From NCBI RefSeq assembly GCF_001194135.2, contig NC_068983.1, positions 70,710,493 through 70,747,453 of the forward strand: DNA of 36,961 nucleotides, in the 5' to 3' direction. Of the stretch, positions 24,557 to 35,711 are shown piece after piece (positions within the stretch are counted from its first letter, which is position 1; every line of letters begins with the position of its first letter). The translations under genes and the position numbers were made by a program. The notes beneath the pieces were generated by a model that made no database searches, was not told the DNA's origin, and was given only the letters and a program-made list of their open reading frames with translations. Source of the DNA: Octopus bimaculoides (lineage: Eukaryota).

Positions 24557-25431
24557 ATAAAAGCTAATAGCTTATTTTGATGCATATGATGGAAAGTGTC
24601 AGCTGTCCACAATCAGGAGACTAAGGCGACACTTGTTTACTGGTCATGCTTCAAAAACCCTGCGATGAAGTCTTGCAGTTCCAAGCAGTGTGGATTTTTG
24701 TAGGTATTCTACCTTCACACTTGTACCGATCTTTTTCAGCAATATTGGTAGTTGAGTGCTGATATTTCCAAGTGCACCAATTACTATTGGTATCACGTCT
24801 ACTCTCTTCATTGACCACAAATTTCGTATTTCCCACTTCAAATCGTCATAGTTGTTTATTTTTTCTTCCCATTCACATTGATGTTGCTGTCACCGGAGTA
24901 TGCTACGTCAATTATCTTACATGTGCTTTCCGTTTTATTCACCACAATATGTCCGGTCTCCTATGTCTGGTCGGGTGATCGCACTGGATCATTGCATTCC
25001 GCAGGATTTTGCAATTCTCATTTTCGGTAAGTTCTTCTGGAATTTTCTCATACCATGTCTTTGCTCTTTGTAGTCCGTAATTTCCACAGAGCTTCCAATG
25101 GATCATTCTTGCTACATTGTCATGGCGTCTTTTGTGTTCCTGTTGTACTAAATTTCGGACATTCGCTAACGATGTACCATACCATTTAACCCCTCTCACC
25201 AGACTTTCTTCATATAGTTGGTCCTTAACGCTTGTTCCTGAGCTGTGCATATGAGTGCTTCTATCTCGGTCGTCAGGTGAATCCTCCTCATCCATAGCCA
25301 CCGGTCCTCTGTATATGTCTTGGCGTTCACATCTCTTACAAAATGACTGTACATTTTCTTTTCCTTCCATGCTCTTTCATTTCTTGTTTAAATTTGTCTT
25401 TCGTTACACAATTTTCAGTTTTGATGACACC
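24556..25431 (-). mobile_element. 3' fragment of an R4/Dong-type RLE LINE, flanked by (TTA)n on both sides
   Basis: Minus strand: ERAWKEKKMYSHFVRDV...DRWLWMRRIHLTTEIEALICTAQEQALRTNY, KRRHDNVARMIHWKLC, HRRPDI, VIPIVIGALG...LQKSTLLGTAR. Confidence 0.92.

Positions 25432-25465
<34 letters not shown>
25432..25465. repeat. (TAT)n microsatellite at the LINE 5' junction
   Basis: Direct reading. Confidence 0.95.
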
Positions 25466-25649
25466 TATGTAGTAGTTTTCCTTATCATCACCATTTTCTT
25501 CTTTCTCCTTCTCTTCCCCTTCTTTTTCTTCTTCCTCTTTTTATTTTTTTTCTCATTATTGTTTTTATGTTATTTAATTGCCATGTAGATAAAAATCTTC
25601 GCTTTGATCTATTGAAGCTTTAGTTTGACACTACTTACCTATTTTCACG

Positions 25650-25807
25650 AACGTCATCATCGTCCTCATTCTCATTCTCATTCTCAACCGCCACCTCCGT
25701 CTCCTCCTCCTCCCCTTCCCTCCTCCCCCTCCTCCCCTTCTCCTCTTCATCGTCGTCGTCGTCGTCGTCGTCGTCATCATCATCGTTATCATCATCATCA
25801 TCAACAA

Positions 25808-25841
<34 letters not shown>

Positions 25842-25935
25842 TACATCACTAACACTACCCTACAATTATCATCGTCATTGCTTCTTCGTCGTTGCAATCA
25901 TCATCATCAACGTCGTCGCCGTCGTCGTCGTCATC
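25650..25935. repeat. Mosaic of trinucleotide repeats (CAT/CCT/CGT/CAA/CAG)
   Basis: Direct reading; it explains the polyH, polyP, polyR and polyQ ORFs. Confidence 0.9.
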
Positions 25936-26874
25936 TTCGCTGCCATCGAGATCGCTCTAAGCATTGTCTTTGTTTTGATCCTCGTGGTCCTGGTCATTAT
26001 ATGTCGATATCGAATTTCTCTATGCAAACGCCTAATGCAACAACTTCACTTAACTGCTTTAAACTTTTCCAAAATTATTATCATATACTGTGAAAGGAGA
26101 AGCTTATCTATCGCTTGAAAGAGAAACCTTTCATAAAATAAAATTATGCTAAACAATTTAATAATAATTGCTTGGAATAATCGACGACTTTAATCAACGT
26201 TGTTTCTTTGATGTGACAAATTATGTACATTTGGTTCTGTGTGTTTATTGATTTTTTTTATTATTATATTATTCTATTGCAATTAATTAACTCTGAAAAG
26301 AGCCAGAGAGATGATAGAAAGCTATATATTTGTAAAATTTCACACTAACATGGACTAGACCGGCCTCGTTGGCATTTAAAATATTATGTTTCACTCAGGT
26401 GTTATTTGAGTATTGTGAATAATGAATATAAACTGTGACAGGAATATGTTATGATAACAACACTAGTGACAACTTTTCTTATCTGGATAAGTCGGCAACT
26501 GTCTAAAATCTGCATTTCAGTAAAGGATGTTTAGCCAAGAACTTATTGGTTAAGGACATATTCTATTTAAAATCACAAACCCGTAGAGTTCAAATCAGTA
26601 CTGTGATATCTTAGTTTCTATTTCAAAGGTCCACATTTCTAATCAAAGTTTGAGTATAGATCTTGTGAGATCTATATCGGAGAAACATTACCAACATTCT
26701 TTGCACAGGAAGAGTATTACTCCACAGTTAAGTATCTTGTATACAAACTTGGACATGCCTGAACTAACTTGCATATGAGTGCGTGTGCTGACAACGCGGA
26801 TTAACTAGTCTGTTTTACATTGTGAAGTTAAATTATTTGTTTATTAGAGATATGCTATAAATTTCAAATTATTA

Positions 26875-26907
26875 ATATATATATATATATATATATATAG
26901 TGCACAC

Positions 26908-26938
<31 letters not shown>

Positions 26939-27123
26939 TCAATTCGATGCACTTTCTCCGATGAGGAACTGAGAAGGTTAGAAACTAGTGAAATGTGAAA
27001 TTGTTTCCCTTTTTCCTATCGATACGAAGATAAGGCCTGTGTTGAAATATACCTATCCGCAGACACATACATGCATGCCCCCGCATGCATATGCACGTAC
27101 ACGTACATATATATATATATCTA

Positions 27124-27209
<86 letters not shown>

Positions 27210-27265
27210 CATGCATCTCTCTCTCTCTCATTATATATATATTTGTATTGTACATATATATATAT
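26875..27265. repeat. Cluster of (TA)n, (CA)n and (GA)n microsatellites with unique spacers
   Basis: Direct reading. Confidence 0.9.
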
Positions 27266-27279
27266 AAATAAAGTTAGAT

Positions 27280-27359
27280 AAGTTTGATTTATGGAATTAC
27301 CCTGAGTTTCACGCTCATAAAGCGCTTAGCTTTACGGCATGTCATCAGATCCCAAACTT
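27280..27359 (-). ncRNA. Type I hammerhead ribozyme fold with long stem II and bulged, extended stem I
   Basis: RNA: AAGUUU GGGAU CUGAUGA C AUGC CGUAAAGC UAAGC GCUUUAUG A GCGU GAAAC UCAGG GUA AUUCC AUAAAUC AAACUU. Core motifs are present, stem II is 4+8 bp, and stem I is 5 bp + 7-nt bulge + 6 bp. There is one extra C after A9 and an A-U closing pair in stem II. Confidence 0.7.
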
Positions 27360-27485
27360 GTTAGTTTATGGCCTCTCTAGGGAGCGACCCCTCTAGAAAG
27401 TGGAGGAGGAAAGGACCTCGCTACTCAATATGAACAACAGGGAATTGTCTCCCTTTGGCTATCGATCGTAAGTGACCCTGTTATC

Positions 27486-27540
27486 TCCGGTTTGTTGACG
27501 TAAACCCTCTCTTTCAGGTAGCCCCACAAAAGAAAATCCG
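27486..27540 (-). mobile_element. Isolated mariner-type transposase fragment
   Basis: Translates DFLLWGYLKERVYVNKPE and is near-identical to 30792-30845. Confidence 0.8.
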
Positions 27541-27684
27541 TCTCACATATGCAGAAGTGAGCTCAACATTTGACTTTCTGGATTTAACAAAGATTAATGT
27601 TGCATAAATAAAAACAATTATTTTTTGGAAACTATCTAAAATTATATTAAAATATGATTTTTACAATGTATTCCGAATGAAGAT

Positions 27685-28438
27685 NNNNNNNNNNNNNNNN
27701 NNNNNNNNNNNNNNNNNNNNNNNNNNNNNNNNNNNNNNNNNNNNNNNNNNNNNNNNNNNNNNNNNNNNNNNNNNNNNNNNNNNNNNNNNNNNNNNNNNNN
27801 NNNNNNNNNNNNNNNNNNNNNNNNNNNNNNNNNNNNNNNNNNNNNNNNNNNNNNNNNNNNNNNNNNNNNNNNNNNNNNNNNNNNNNNNNNNNNNNNNNNN
27901 NNNNNNNNNNNNNNNNNNNNNNNNNNNNNNNNNNNNNNNNNNNNNNNNNNNNNNNNNNNNNNNNNNNNNNNNNNNNNNNNNNNNNNNNNNNNNNNNNNNN
28001 NNNNNNNNNNNNNNNNNNNNNNNNNNNNNNNNNNNNNNNNNNNNNNNNNNNNNNNNNNNNNNNNNNNNNNNNNNNNNNNNNNNNNNNNNNNNNNNNNNNN
28101 NNNNNNNNNNNNNNNNNNNNNNNNNNNNNNNNNNNNNNNNNNNNNNNNNNNNNNNNNNNNNNNNNNNNNNNNNNNNNNNNNNNNNNNNNNNNNNNNNNNN
28201 NNNNNNNNNNNNNNNNNNNNNNNNNNNNNNNNNNNNNNNNNNNNNNNNNNNNNNNNNNNNNNNNNNNNNNNNNNNNNNNNNNNNNNNNNNNNNNNNNNNN
28301 NNNNNNNNNNNNNNNNNNNNNNNNNNNNNNNNNNNNNNNNNNNNNNNNNNNNNNNNNNNNNNNNNNNNNNNNNNNNNNNNNNNNNNNNNNNNNNNNNNNN
28401 NNNNNNNNNNNNNNNNNNNNNNNNNNNNNNNNNNNNNN
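27685..28438. other. Assembly gap (N run)
   Basis: N run. Confidence 1.
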
Positions 28439-30460
28439 ATATATATATATATATATACACTTATACACACGTTTTTTTAAGCTTTAAAATTATATGGTCT
28501 TCCTCTAGAGTAAAGCTCATAAATCATTCAGAAAATACATCAGTACATCGTATTTCTTATTAGAAAACATTTGTTTCGAAAGAATATAGCATTCCATCAA
28601 CAGCGATTGGGCATCATTCTATAAATTTATCCAAATTTGAAGAAGTGTTTCAAACGCGGTAATTAGATTCATAACTTCAATACAAAAAGTGAGACAAGGA
28701 CAATTCTTTCATACTTCTTCATCAACAAGAATGTTCATCAAAGCATACAAGCTCATTTGAGTACTGTGGTGTCAGAGAGATGAAACTTACAGCCGGTCGC
28801 GTATAAATTGGAAGATGCAACTTCTTATTAATCCCGCCAATAACGAAACCGTTCACTACACACACACGCGCGCATTGATAATACACACACATGCATATAT
28901 GGTGAATTTATGGAATGAAGTGCCATAAAACTTATCAATTTATTTAAAAATGGAGGAGACAAGTTTTTAAATTATATAAGAAGTTAATTTCTTGCAGACG
29001 ATCGTTTCGTATAGAGATATAATAATGATTTAAATTCATAATTAAATTAGATTAAATTAATTACATTAATTACATATCAACGTACCCTTTAGTGCAGGAA
29101 ATAAAAAACCATAATGCAAAGAACTTGAGAAGGAATATAGCAGAAAAAATGAAGCTAGGAGTTTCCTATTTTTATTCGTGTAAGAAAGAGATGTGAGTCA
29201 TGTCGGATATATAACCATAACTAATGGCTACAACAGATATTTAAAGATATAAGTCAAGAGGTGTCATAGACGTTCCTTCTATAGATGAGTACGGGAATTA
29301 GAGATTTAAACTCCAAATAAGTAGCGTATGGCAAATATATATTAGAGATATCCAATTGAACGACACTCCTAGGTTTGAATTCAAAGCTGAGCTAACCATT
29401 GAAATCATTACGTAGCTTAATGTATTTTTTAAAAAAATTCTAGATATGCAAATGAAGTTTAGCGTGAGGATTTGGTATATAAGAAATTAATACTAGATAA
29501 TTAATGTAAACAAATGGTTGGCGAAAAACAAGGATATGTGTATAAGGAACTAATGTTTGTATAAAAATCATATTAGGTAATACGTATTAATGATAAAACA
29601 GAAAGAAGTAAGTAGAACAGAAAGACAGTCGATAATATTACAATTAAAATAGTGTATGTACTTGCTGTGTCTATAAAGATAAAAAAGTTAAATTGCAATT
29701 AGAAATAAGGTTAGGTATACTTTAAAAAAATATATAAATAAATGTAGGGGAGATAAATGAGCGGAGGAAGAGAAGGGCAAAACAATACAAATTTTAAAAA
29801 GCTAAGGATATTGATGCATTAGGTTATACAATAGTTGTACTTTAGTATCTATAAAAAGATTGTTTTAGAGGTAATAATCTAGCTTAGCATTATGTGCGCA
29901 AGATACGCAATAGTAATAAGATCATAGAGGTATTCAAGCTGTATGGGTGTAGGGCCAGTAAGAATATGATAAAAAGAAAAATGTACGAGTAGACAGGTAT
30001 GCATAAGTGTACAAAAATTACACATAATATAGGAGAAATATAATTGAATAAGGAGAAGAGTGTGTCTATGTTTACTTATACCTGTGCAGAGGCATAATTG
30101 TACTTTAGTATATATAGATACAGGGATTCTTGTAAATATAGAATTAAGGTATACATATAAAATAAATTATACATAGTACAACTATAGCCATACCGGTTCA
30201 GGTGAGAAGAAGCAACACATATAGATACACACGTATAATAAATTGTATATATATATGTATCCGAAACACATATATACGCAGATACGCACATTCATATTGA
30301 TATACGTCATTACCTACATATAAAAATCAAACACATATCTATAGATTTACACACATAGATAATATTAGAAATCTTTTCTTTAGAAATCTCCAAATTAAAG
30401 GACGAATCAACATTCAACCTTTGTACACGTATATATATATATATATATATNNNNNNNNNN

Positions 30461-30507
<47 letters not shown>

Positions 30508-30508
30508 A

Positions 30509-31035
30509 TAGTGTCCCAAAAGTCACTGATGTGTTTCAATTTCTAATATCTTCCTTAACTTCACAAATAAATGCATGAAAGTTTCATACAATACAAAAGA
30601 CATACTGGAAATTAATATGCACACGTCGAATTCTAAAACGCCACATCACTTATGAAAAATGACATCGCTTAAATAGCAGACTTCGCACGCCCGTGCTCTT
30701 TCCAAAACATGCACCATAACACACTCAAGAGTTTCAGACCCCACCTCCCTGATTTCTCTATTGGTGTTCTCCTTCAGTTGCATCAGAGTTTCCGGTCTGT
30801 TGACGTAAACCCTCTCTCACAAGTATACCCACAAAAGAAAATCCGGGCTACTCAAGTCTGATAGCTGTCATCTAAGCGATATCATATGTGATGTAGTGGT
30901 GTTGCAAAACCTGACATGTGTATATTAATTTCCATTATGTCCTTTGTACTGTATCAAACTTTAATGCGTTTATTTTTGTAAATTTAAGAAAGCTATTAAA
31001 AATTGAACGCCATAAGTGACATTTGGGACACCCTG
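30509..31035 (-). mobile_element. Non-autonomous Tc1/mariner element with about 165-bp inverted arms and a transposase C-terminal relic
   Basis: Ends are gtgtcccaaaagtcact and agtgacatttgggacaccctg|TA. Minus strand 30860-30646 translates SDLSSPDFLLWVYL*ERVYVNRPETLMQLKENTNREI...LSDVIFHK*. Arms 30509-30672 and 30871-31035 are imperfect inverted repeats. Confidence 0.88.
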
Positions 31036-31312
31036 TATATGTATACAAATATTATAGACAACAGTTAGTGATGTTTAACCAAATATATATTGACAACAGT
31101 TTGCAATGTCTCCCCATATATATTATACAGGTGCAATGAAGCATATTTTACATTGTGTTGGTACCATTTTCTTAATATTCATATTGTGTGTATCAATAAG
31201 TATAAATATGGCATGCATGTGGGAAGAACGGTGGCAATAAGAAAGTGCATTTATAAATCAATGAAAAATTACTGCATAAATACTACCATATATATATATA
31301 TATATATATATA

Positions 31313-31727
31313 NNNNNNNNNNNNNNNNNNNNNNNNNNNNNNNNNNNNNNNNNNNNNNNNNNNNNNNNNNNNNNNNNNNNNNNNNNNNNNNNNNNNNNNN
31401 NNNNNNNNNNNNNNNNNNNNNNNNNNNNNNNNNNNNNNNNNNNNNNNNNNNNNNNNNNNNNNNNNNNNNNNNNNNNNNNNNNNNNNNNNNNNNNNNNNNN
31501 NNNNNNNNNNNNNNNNNNNNNNNNNNNNNNNNNNNNNNNNNNNNNNNNNNNNNNNNNNNNNNNNNNNNNNNNNNNNNNNNNNNNNNNNNNNNNNNNNNNN
31601 NNNNNNNNNNNNNNNNNNNNNNNNNNNNNNNNNNNNNNNNNNNNNNNNNNNNNNNNNNNNNNNNNNNNNNNNNNNNNNNNNNNNNNNNNNNNNNNNNNNN
31701 NNNNNNNNNNNNNNNNNNNNNNNNNNN
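31313..31727. other. Assembly gap (N run)
   Basis: N run. Confidence 1.
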
Positions 31728-31789
31728 GTGAGTTCAAGAAAGAAAAACGACAAAAAACAAGAAACAACAACGCGAGGACGTGATACAGA

Positions 31790-31900
31790 TATTGTATTAC
31801 TGGACGCTCAGGAAAGGAAAGAAAGAGAATTTGATGTTTCGAGCGGAGATCTTCGTCGGAAATATAGGAAAGTCCAAAGAAAGGAAGACGGAGGAAGAAA
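31790..31900 (-). mobile_element. PLE-associated repeat relic carrying a degenerate minimal hammerhead
   Basis: Minus strand ccgacgaagatctccgctcgaaacatc is the minimal PLE-type CUGACGA-A-GAGC/GCUC-GAAAC motif with U4C and a stem II mismatch. Confidence 0.45.
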
Positions 31901-32267
31901 AAATCGCCAACGATATATACGAGGTTACATTGTGGAAGGTACAGTGTATATTTAAATACATAAGACGAATCCACTAATGGGATTCCTTACGCTAGAAAGA
32001 ACTGCTAGGTTCTAGAACCACAAAATTAGGAATAAAATCCCGAAAAGGAACGAAATGAAAAATAAAAATTTTTACTATATCTTTCCTGGACCAAATTGGT
32101 TTCTGACTTATTTTAGCAATTTAAAAGAATTTGCTAGGTGAAGTCGTTATCAACAGGTACACCCAAGACTAAAATATACTAACACGAGGTAATCAATTCC
32201 ATGCCTCCCGTTTATACATCCTAATTTTTTTCAGATCTATTGCGCAGGCACAGCTCCTTGCTAGCAA

Positions 32268-33105
32268 NNNNNNNNNNNNNNNNNNNNNNNNNNNNNNNNN
32301 NNNNNNNNNNNNNNNNNNNNNNNNNNNNNNNNNNNNNNNNNNNNNNNNNNNNNNNNNNNNNNNNNNNNNNNNNNNNNNNNNNNNNNNNNNNNNNNNNNNN
32401 NNNNNNNNNNNNNNNNNNNNNNNNNNNNNNNNNNNNNNNNNNNNNNNNNNNNNNNNNNNNNNNNNNNNNNNNNNNNNNNNNNNNNNNNNNNNNNNNNNNN
32501 NNNNNNNNNNNNNNNNNNNNNNNNNNNNNNNNNNNNNNNNNNNNNNNNNNNNNNNNNNNNNNNNNNNNNNNNNNNNNNNNNNNNNNNNNNNNNNNNNNNN
32601 NNNNNNNNNNNNNNNNNNNNNNNNNNNNNNNNNNNNNNNNNNNNNNNNNNNNNNNNNNNNNNNNNNNNNNNNNNNNNNNNNNNNNNNNNNNNNNNNNNNN
32701 NNNNNNNNNNNNNNNNNNNNNNNNNNNNNNNNNNNNNNNNNNNNNNNNNNNNNNNNNNNNNNNNNNNNNNNNNNNNNNNNNNNNNNNNNNNNNNNNNNNN
32801 NNNNNNNNNNNNNNNNNNNNNNNNNNNNNNNNNNNNNNNNNNNNNNNNNNNNNNNNNNNNNNNNNNNNNNNNNNNNNNNNNNNNNNNNNNNNNNNNNNNN
32901 NNNNNNNNNNNNNNNNNNNNNNNNNNNNNNNNNNNNNNNNNNNNNNNNNNNNNNNNNNNNNNNNNNNNNNNNNNNNNNNNNNNNNNNNNNNNNNNNNNNN
33001 NNNNNNNNNNNNNNNNNNNNNNNNNNNNNNNNNNNNNNNNNNNNNNNNNNNNNNNNNNNNNNNNNNNNNNNNNNNNNNNNNNNNNNNNNNNNNNNNNNNN
33101 NNNNN
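32268..33105. other. Assembly gap (N run)
   Basis: N run. Confidence 1.
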
Positions 33106-33159
<54 letters not shown>

Positions 33160-33374
33160 TTTGTACCTGTGTTTGTTCCTCCACTATCGCTTGACAACAG
33201 ATGCTGGTATGTTTATGTCCCACCATAACATAGCGGTTCGGCAAAAGAGAGCGATAGTATACGTACTAGGCTTACAAAGAATACATCCTGGGTTCCATTT
33301 ACCCGCATAAAACCCTTTAATGTAGTGCTCCAACATAGTCAATTGGCTGAAACGTGTAAAATAGTAAAAGAATA
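33106..33374 (+). mobile_element. 3' half of an octopus-type SINE containing an internal (TG)n microsatellite
   Basis: (TG)n followed by tcgcttgacaacagatgctggt...tagcggttcggcaaaagagagcgatag...tactaggcttacaaagaata...gtgctccaaca...ctgaaacgtgtaaaatagtaaaagaata, which matches the abundant octopus SINE 3' half as I recall it. Confidence 0.75.
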
Positions 33375-34537
33375 TATTGAATACATTGATAGATAAACAG
33401 GTAGATAGATAGAATGATAAATTGGTAGATAGATAAATAAAAAGAATACAGGTAGATCTATTTCTTAGATTTATTTGGATCCTATGAAACTTTTTATATG
33501 AAGCAAGAGCTTATATCTATCCAAGTAGAATTACAAAGTGCATGTTATTTGATATTTTCGCAAATATCACCGTATTTCATTACCAGTAAAGATAAATTTT
33601 GCTAAATTTTATTTCACTGATGCTTTAGTGATGCTTTCAAATATATTTGTTTGTTAAAGTTAAAGTTACATATAAGAATACTATATAGAATTGTAAACCT
33701 GATCGATTTTGTCGATAGTAAAGAAGTATTAGAAACTGAAATTGAAAGCATTATTAAGTGAATCATATTTCCAGCAACATTCATGCAAATATGTTTATAT
33801 CAGTGAAGAGATAGCGTGACTCATACGAAAACCAAAGTACCAATCAAACGAAGTGATTTCGTCAACCAGTTTTGTATAATTAAAGCCGAACAGACGTTAT
33901 GTCTGTCATTAGAAATGTCATCTAATACGACTAAATATCAAGTCTACTAGCAGAGATTCAAAGCTGGAATGCTTTAGACAGTTCAATAAATGCGTCTGAA
34001 GGGATGGTGAGGTATATCACTCTGACAAAAAAGGTTAAAATTGGCTTTAAGTATATAATCTCATACACCAACCTGATTCATCGAGAGATGAAGAACTGGC
34101 ATGTAATATAAGTTGGTAGCGTTGTTATCTTTTATCCATTGGCAGGGAACAATAGACCAATGTAGTCTTCCTGGAACCATAAAATTGGATGTACCTAAAA
34201 TATACATTAACTGAACAGCCTGAATGGCATTTCCTGGAACTGTAATTATAAGTTCCTTTAAAGCAAGACATGTAATTGCAATTCAATGCTTAGGATTTCT
34301 TTATTAAAATCTACTGATACAAGACAATAGCTACAACATATATAATACGGAAAGAACCCTGAGGGGAATGTAGATAGCCACAACGTGATTTATATGTCTA
34401 GAATCGCATGAAAGTCAGTAACATTTCCTGTTTATTAAGTGTGACATTTCATGTTGTATTTGCTAGCAAATGAAACTGTAGAGTCTATATCAATGAAAGA
34501 GGGAGTAAAGTTTGGTATTCCTTATATCAAAAGTATA

Positions 34538-34538
<1 letters not shown>

Positions 34539-34609
<71 letters not shown>
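34539..34609. repeat. (TC)n microsatellite abutting a gap
   Basis: Direct reading. Confidence 0.97.
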
Positions 34610-35136
34610 NNNNNNNNNNNNNNNNNNNNNNNNNNNNNNNNNNNNNNNNNNNNNNNNNNNNNNNNNNNNNNNNNNNNNNNNNNNNNNNNNNNNNNNNNNN
34701 NNNNNNNNNNNNNNNNNNNNNNNNNNNNNNNNNNNNNNNNNNNNNNNNNNNNNNNNNNNNNNNNNNNNNNNNNNNNNNNNNNNNNNNNNNNNNNNNNNNN
34801 NNNNNNNNNNNNNNNNNNNNNNNNNNNNNNNNNNNNNNNNNNNNNNNNNNNNNNNNNNNNNNNNNNNNNNNNNNNNNNNNNNNNNNNNNNNNNNNNNNNN
34901 NNNNNNNNNNNNNNNNNNNNNNNNNNNNNNNNNNNNNNNNNNNNNNNNNNNNNNNNNNNNNNNNNNNNNNNNNNNNNNNNNNNNNNNNNNNNNNNNNNNN
35001 NNNNNNNNNNNNNNNNNNNNNNNNNNNNNNNNNNNNNNNNNNNNNNNNNNNNNNNNNNNNNNNNNNNNNNNNNNNNNNNNNNNNNNNNNNNNNNNNNNNN
35101 NNNNNNNNNNNNNNNNNNNNNNNNNNNNNNNNNNNN
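34610..35136. other. Assembly gap (N run)
   Basis: N run. Confidence 1.

Positions 35137-35200
<64 letters not shown>
35137..35200. repeat. (TG)n microsatellite
   Basis: Direct reading. Confidence 0.97.
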
Positions 35201-35209
<9 letters not shown>

Positions 35210-35230
35210 ACATATTTGTAGCTCTTATAG

Positions 35231-35335
35231 AGGAATGTTGCTGAAAGTGACTTTGAAGTACCGGCCAGCTAAGCTATCGGTGAGTTGCAGTCCGTTGATG
35301 GCCGAAACTTCGAAGTCACTGTCAACAACATTCTT
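35231..35335. repeat. 105-nt imperfect hairpin (29-bp outer arms)
   Basis: aggaatgttgctgaaagtgactttgaagt (35231-35259) versus the reverse complement of 35307-35335, aagaatgttgttgacagtgacttcgaagt: 25/29 match. An inner cggcca/tggccg pairing follows. Confidence 0.85.
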
Positions 35336-35465
35336 GCATAAGAATAATATATACTCCACAAATGTATAGAGTAAGCAATGACATTATGTAAAAAATGTTT
35401 TTATAACTGAACATAAAAATAAACATTAATATATAACTGTATGATAATATATATTCTCTGATTGG

Positions 35466-35711
35466 AAGCGATGATTTTTAAATACAAGCAAATCGCTAAC
35501 CCCAGCCAGAATCGAACCCACAAATCAACGCTAACACGGCTCCCTGCGCATCTGATTGGGTCAAACGCGCTCCCATCAATTTCTGGTTTGTTTACAAATA
35601 TCATATGTAGTTTTAGACAGTGTAAGTATATATTCATGAAATTTGGTTCGATTTTGGCTGGGGTAGCTCATCATTTTCCGGTCATTTGTTTGTATTTAAA
35701 AATGGTCGCTT
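35466..35711. mobile_element. MITE-like element with imperfect, approximately 60-70 bp terminal inverted repeats
   Basis: aagcgatgatttttaaatacaagcaaat / atttgtttgtatttaaaaatggtcgctt and ctaaccccagccagaatcgaacc / ggttcgattttggctggggtag. Confidence 0.7.

Noticed and set aside
25625-26093. His/Pro/Arg/Gln-rich ORFs as a transcription-factor exon
   Set aside because: They are entirely repeat-derived, open in several frames, and have no splice or domain support.
26655-26676. Perfect 9-bp hairpin tatagatct-tgtg-agatctata as a Helitron 3' hairpin
   Set aside because: It is AT-rich and has no CTRR terminus at the expected distance.
23327-27359. Retrozyme formed by the two minus-strand hammerheads
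   Set aside because: They are 4 kb apart and share no direct-repeat (LTR) sequence.
29100-30070. Purine-skewed stretch as a LINE/PLE relic
   Set aside because: No recognisable motif in any frame.
22228-35369. Long ORFs containing X runs
   Set aside because: They are artefacts of N gaps being translated without stops.
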